From assembly GCA_030595765.1 (NCBI GenBank), contig JAUVCJ010000001.1, forward strand, positions 1 through 33,462: a stretch of 33,462 nt of DNA, written 5' to 3'. This DNA comes from Thermoplasmatota archaeon. Lineage in GTDB: Archaea > Thermoplasmatota > Thermoplasmata > GCA-020350865 > JAUVCJ01. The notes under the pieces were generated by a model that saw only the letters and a list, made by a program, of their open reading frames with translations, made no database searches and was not told the origin of the DNA. Within the stretch, counting starts at the first letter, position 1. Each line of letters begins with the position of its first letter. Positions 30,242-33,462 of this stretch are shown one piece after another. The position numbers and the translations under genes were made by a program.

Positions 30242-31660
30242 ATGGTAATCATGATGGCTTCAACAGGTTACGATGAGTTCGAAGATCCTCTTGATTTTGA
30301 GCTCTCATCCTACGAGGCGGTGCCTCCGCCTCCACCACCGCCGCCAGCCAATGATTACTACAACCAACCGCGCAGGCAGCAGCCACAGAGACAGCCTGCT
30401 CAAAGACAGCGTCAACAACAACCCAGAAGGCAGCCCCAACAAAGGAGCCAGGGGCAGCGCAGGGGCAGAAGGTCAAAGCCACCATCAAGGATAGTGGGGC
30501 CTCTGATATCCGTTGTGGTGCTAATCCTGCTTGTAGCGCTTCTGGTCACACCCTACGGCCAGAGCCTGCTTCAAGACCTGGCAGACCCGGCTAGTTATTC
30601 ATACAGGGAGTATCCAAAAGAAGCCGAGTACATTGTGGACAGGACCATCACTCTGAATGGAGTAGCAGAATACACTCTGTATTCTCCCCAGCCCTACAAT
30701 CAAGGGAACGTCCAGGTTCCTGTTCAAGACATTGTTTCCATTCAACCCGAGATCATCAGCGGAAGTGCGACCTACACCCTTGAAGAAAAATGGGGCGGAG
30801 GCATAGAATGGATGACATGGCGAGCCAGCGCCGCTTCAGGAGCGCAGGTAATCAAAATACGGTACCATGTCAAGACCCATAGCGTGCTCTGGGACATCGA
30901 CAGGGAAACTTCGGGAAATGTGGATCAGATCGATGATACCTACAAGAACCGCTACCTTGGCGATGGCTGGAAGATAATACCCAACAACAGGACTATTCGA
31001 GAGCTCGCAGCGCAACTTACAAAGGACGAGCCCACGGTCTATGGCAAGCTCAAGGCCATCTACGACTATATGGATTCGAACTTCGAGTATGAGACTGGCG
31101 TCACCTCCGAGCCAAAGAACCCCTATGACACCCTGATCGACAGAAGAGGGGATTGCGATGACCAGTCCTTGCTTCTGATATCGCTTGCTAGAGCAGTTGG
31201 TATACCAGCATGGCTGGAGCTGGGCATTCTCTACATCTCAACATCAGAGAGCTGGGGACTTCATGGATGGGCAAAGGTCATGATACCTACAAGGGATGGC
31301 CAGAATGGCTGGGCAAACATCGACATCGTCAATGACCAGTTCCTGTTCCGGGACCCAAATCGCATTACCGAGTGGGAGGATGACGGGATATTCGAGAACG
31401 GAGAATGGCATCTTTACAATTACTACTATGCGCTGGCTGATTATAGACCTGGAGATGGTCCACTGGTCTGGAGGGATGATTTCGAGACAAAGGACATGAT
31501 AACCTCAGGCACACCCATCCGCATCAACACAAAGACCGGCAGACCAATAGAGGAGAAGCTACCAGGGTTTGAGGCTCCAGCATTGCTCGTGCCTCTTGCG
31601 GTCATGGCAATTTTGGGTCGCAAACATAAAAAAAAGAATAAAATGATTGAGATGTTATAG
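30242..31660 (+). CDS. Transglutaminase-like cysteine protease-fold protein with P/Q/R-rich cytoplasmic N-terminus, one TM and PGF-CTERM tail
   Basis: The Cys-His-Asp core is RRGDCDDQSLLLISLARAVGIPAW … HGWAKV … NIDIVND. The N-terminus contains PPPPPPPPANDYYNQPRRQQPQRQPAQRQRQQQPRRQPQQRSQGQRRGRRSK, followed by the TM helix IVGPLISVVVLILLVALLV. Confidence 0.85.
   Translation: MVIMMASTGYDEFEDPLDFELSSYEAVPPPPPPPPANDYYNQPRRQQPQRQPAQRQRQQQPRRQPQQRSQGQRRGRRSKPPSRIVGPLISVVVLILLVALLVTPYGQSLLQDLADPASYSYREYPKEAEYIVDRTITLNGVAEYTLYSPQPYNQGNVQVPVQDIVSIQPEIISGSATYTLEEKWGGGIEWMTWRASAASGAQVIKIRYHVKTHSVLWDIDRETSGNVDQIDDTYKNRYLGDGWKIIPNNRTIRELAAQLTKDEPTVYGKLKAIYDYMDSNFEYETGVTSEPKNPYDTLIDRRGDCDDQSLLLISLARAVGIPAWLELGILYISTSESWGLHGWAKVMIPTRDGQNGWANIDIVNDQFLFRDPNRITEWEDDGIFENGEWHLYNYYYALADYRPGDGPLVWRDDFETKDMITSGTPIRINTKTGRPIEEKLPGFEAPALLVPLAVMAILGRKHKKKNKMIEML
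31562..31657 (+). other. PGF-CTERM archaeosortase-A-type sorting signal
   Basis: The sequence is LPGFEAPALLVPLAVMAILGRKHKKKNKMIEML: a PGF motif, a hydrophobic helix and a basic cluster. Confidence 0.7.
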
Positions 31661-31732
31661 AAGATTCCGCAATGTTATACACGAAGCATCGATCCTGAGC
31701 CCCATTTTTTCCCTTTTGGAACAGAACATTGC

Positions 31733-31978
31733 TCAATCCATCAAGCTCTCAACTTCGTTCTTGCCCATGTAGGTCAGCCTGAGATTTAACTCCATGTCCC
31801 AGTCAATGAGGCCAGAATCACCCAGATACCTCAGGATGCGGCCGCAAAGGTCATGTTCATAGCCCAGCTCCTTCTCGCAAAAGTTACGGGGGACTGATTC
31901 CTCAACGTCTCCATCGGTAAGCTCATACAGCTTGGCAAGGAACTGGCGGATCATTTCCTTCATTTCATTCTCTGGCAT
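31733..31978 (-). CDS. Hypothetical 81-aa protein, possibly winged-helix
   Basis: The translation is MPENEMKEMIRQFLAKLYELTDGDVE…CGRILRYLGDSGLIDWDMELNLRLTYMGKNEVESL. The N-terminal 43 codons of the listed ORF (to 32107) look non-coding (SSSTSLTQIHIRARAVRMHARAGG). No family is recognised. Confidence 0.35.
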   Translation of the reverse strand: MPENEMKEMIRQFLAKLYELTDGDVEESVPRNFCEKELGYEHDLCGRILRYLGDSGLIDWDMELNLRLTYMGKNEVESLMD

Positions 31979-32240
31979 TGAATGGGCACCCCCTGCCCTT
32001 GCATGCATTCGAACCGCCCTGGCTCTGATGTGGATTTGGGTTAAGCTGGTGGAGGAAGAATGATATAATATTTTAGTGTACAGAACTCTATTTAATGTTA
32101 TTGTCAATAATATTTTCCTAGAATATGTTTATGTTAGCAATTATGATAACTATATTCGCAAAAACATCTATGCTTACAAAAATATAGGCACGAATATGGA
32201 TACGCGAAGTAGCTAAATATCGAGGCCTGCATGACAAGTC

Positions 32241-33164
32241 GTGAACTGTGACAAATGCAAAAGAAGTGCTGACACCTTTATCAGGTACAGCGGCGCCCAT
32301 CTATGCCACCACCATTTCTCAGAGTTTGTTAGGGCAAGGGTCAGGAAACAGATGAGGATCCAGACCAAGCTCAAGCGCGATTCGGTAATAGGCCTAGCAG
32401 TGTCGGGAGGTAAGGATAGCATCGTTTTGATGCATCTTCTGCATGGCATTCTGGAGAAGCACAGGGATGTTAAGCTGGTGGTGCTCACTGTTGACGAGGG
32501 GATAGAGGGCTATAGACCTGATTCCATCGATATTACAGCCTCCAACGCAAAAGAACTGGGGCTGGAGCACAAGGTAGCCTCTTTTAAGGAAATGTTCGGG
32601 GTGACAATGGACTCCATCGCTCCAAAAAGCGACAAGCAGACCCCTTGCTCCTATTGTGGAGTGTTTCGCAGGCGCGCCCTCAATGAGCTGGCCAAGGCCG
32701 CTAACGTAGACAGGCTGGCACTGGGGCACAACCTAGACGATTGCACTCAATCCATACTCATGAATCTTCTTCGAGGCGATGTTGAAAGGCTTGCAAGAAT
32801 GAGCCCGCATGAAAGGGTCAAGCCAGGCCTCATCCCGCGAATGCTGCCATTGCGCACAGTTCCGGAAAAGGAATGCTACCTCTACGCCCTATTCAATAAC
32901 CTAACTGTCCATCATGGGGAATGCCCCTACTCTGAAAGGGCCTTGCGCGGCACCTATCGCAACATCCTCTACGGCCTGGAAGAGCAGACCCCTGGCACCA
33001 GGCACACACTCCTCTCGACATTCGACCGGATAAAACCGCTGCTTGCAGACTCGTTCAAGCCAGCTGACCTCAACTCATGCATCTCTTGCGGAGAGCCGAC
33101 CCCATCAGAGCTTTGCAAGGCCTGCCAAATGCAAGAAGAAATGAAGAGCCAAATTTCACAGTGA
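32241..33164 (+). CDS. TtuA/NcsA (Ncs6/Ctu1)-type PP-loop tRNA 2-thiolation enzyme
   Basis: The N-terminal zinc finger is CDKC…CHHH and the PP-loop is GLAVSGGKDSIVLMHLL. PCSYCGVFRR plus a later ECPY supply three Cys for an Fe-S cluster. Also present are GHNLDD and a C-terminal zinc finger CISCG…CKAC. The start is GTG. Confidence 0.85.
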   Translation: MNCDKCKRSADTFIRYSGAHLCHHHFSEFVRARVRKQMRIQTKLKRDSVIGLAVSGGKDSIVLMHLLHGILEKHRDVKLVVLTVDEGIEGYRPDSIDITASNAKELGLEHKVASFKEMFGVTMDSIAPKSDKQTPCSYCGVFRRRALNELAKAANVDRLALGHNLDDCTQSILMNLLRGDVERLARMSPHERVKPGLIPRMLPLRTVPEKECYLYALFNNLTVHHGECPYSERALRGTYRNILYGLEEQTPGTRHTLLSTFDRIKPLLADSFKPADLNSCISCGEPTPSELCKACQMQEEMKSQISQ

Positions 33165-33351
33165 CCTAAAAAAAGCTAACTAATAGTAGGTCATAAGCAA
33201 AGTGGTGATACCTTGGAGAAAGGGACATTCGAAATCATTAGTGAGGAATACATATCTCCACAAGAACCGGTAAATCCACCCTACCAGGAAGAGAGACCAC
33301 TGGTTGGAAATGTCACTTTTGCACCGACAAAAAAGAAAAGCAAGCTTCCTA

Positions 33352-33462
33352 TGGTGATTGCAACTGTGGTTGTTGGCATCGTGGTCCTAGCCATGCTTTA
33401 CATCCTGGTATTAAATCCTGCGCCAGAAGCAATGAATTATAAGGAGTTCATGCTGAAATATG
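33352..33462 (+). CDS. 5' part of a membrane-anchored protein (runs off the window)
   Basis: ATG 33352 opens MVIATVVVGIVVLAMLYILVLNPAPEAMNYKEFMLKY…. An upstream frame (TTG 33213) reads plausibly until a 1-nt frame offset near 33300, so the true start is unclear. Confidence 0.25.

Noticed and set aside
33213-33443. A TTG-initiated 76-codon frame with a Cys-rich C-terminus (…GWKCHFCTDKKEKQASYGDCNCGCWHRG…), considered as a possible zinc-binding mini-protein.
   Set aside because: The Cys/His/Trp-rich part coincides with a much more protein-like TM helix in the +1 frame, so it is probably an out-of-frame artefact. See the frameshift finding.
1-33462. Mobile elements, prophage or defence islands (integrase, transposase, restriction enzymes, cas, toxin families).
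   Set aside because: No ORF shows DDE, tyrosine- or serine-recombinase, Cas or restriction-enzyme motifs recognisable by eye. Composition looks uniform apart from the AT-rich spacers.

Overview
The window is a gene-dense archaeal chromosomal fragment with about 27 protein genes and one orphan 5S rRNA gene. Archaeal origin is supported by an archaeal-type 5S rRNA, an XPB helicase with the RED motif, PGF-/PEF-CTERM archaeosortase-type tails, a KaiC-like ATPase, and AT-rich TATA-like promoters with short or absent leaders. The proteome is strongly acidic. A marine Thermoplasmatota/Euryarchaeota-like lineage is plausible but cannot be proven from sequence alone.

Recognisable housekeeping or accessory genes:
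- An ABC-2 exporter (ATPase plus permease).
- larB and larE (nickel-pincer cofactor synthesis).
- A WbpB/WbpE/WbpD-like oxidoreductase, aminotransferase and acetyltransferase trio for a diacetamido sugar.
- YbjQ, a PPC/DUF296 protein, XPB, and a TtuA/NcsA-type tRNA thiolase.

No transposase, integrase, CRISPR array or tRNA gene was found.

The most unusual content:
1. An 8.1-kb gene encodes a 2,698-aa bitopic protein. Its roughly 1,400-aa cytoplasmic half carries two helix-hairpin-helix (HhH) motifs, nine zinc ribbons (six are near-identical tandem modules), poly-acidic linkers and an Asn-Gly-Arg hexapeptide repeat. A single TM joins this half to an adhesin-like ectodomain with Ca-binding-like repeats, a lamin-tail-like domain, three DUF11-like modules and a PEF-CTERM-like tail. 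A KaiC-like ATPase gene and a double winged-helix regulator gene lie directly upstream on the same strand.
2. A Ras/Rab-like GTPase gene, an Rnl2-like RNA ligase gene and a mini-ORF run in series with overlapping stop and start codons.
3. Three membrane proteins share a homologous C-terminal CPxC...CPxCG zinc ribbon.
4. Several intergenic tandem-repeat arrays (17-bp and 21-bp periods) and palindromes are present.

All family calls come from motifs read by eye. No database search was run.
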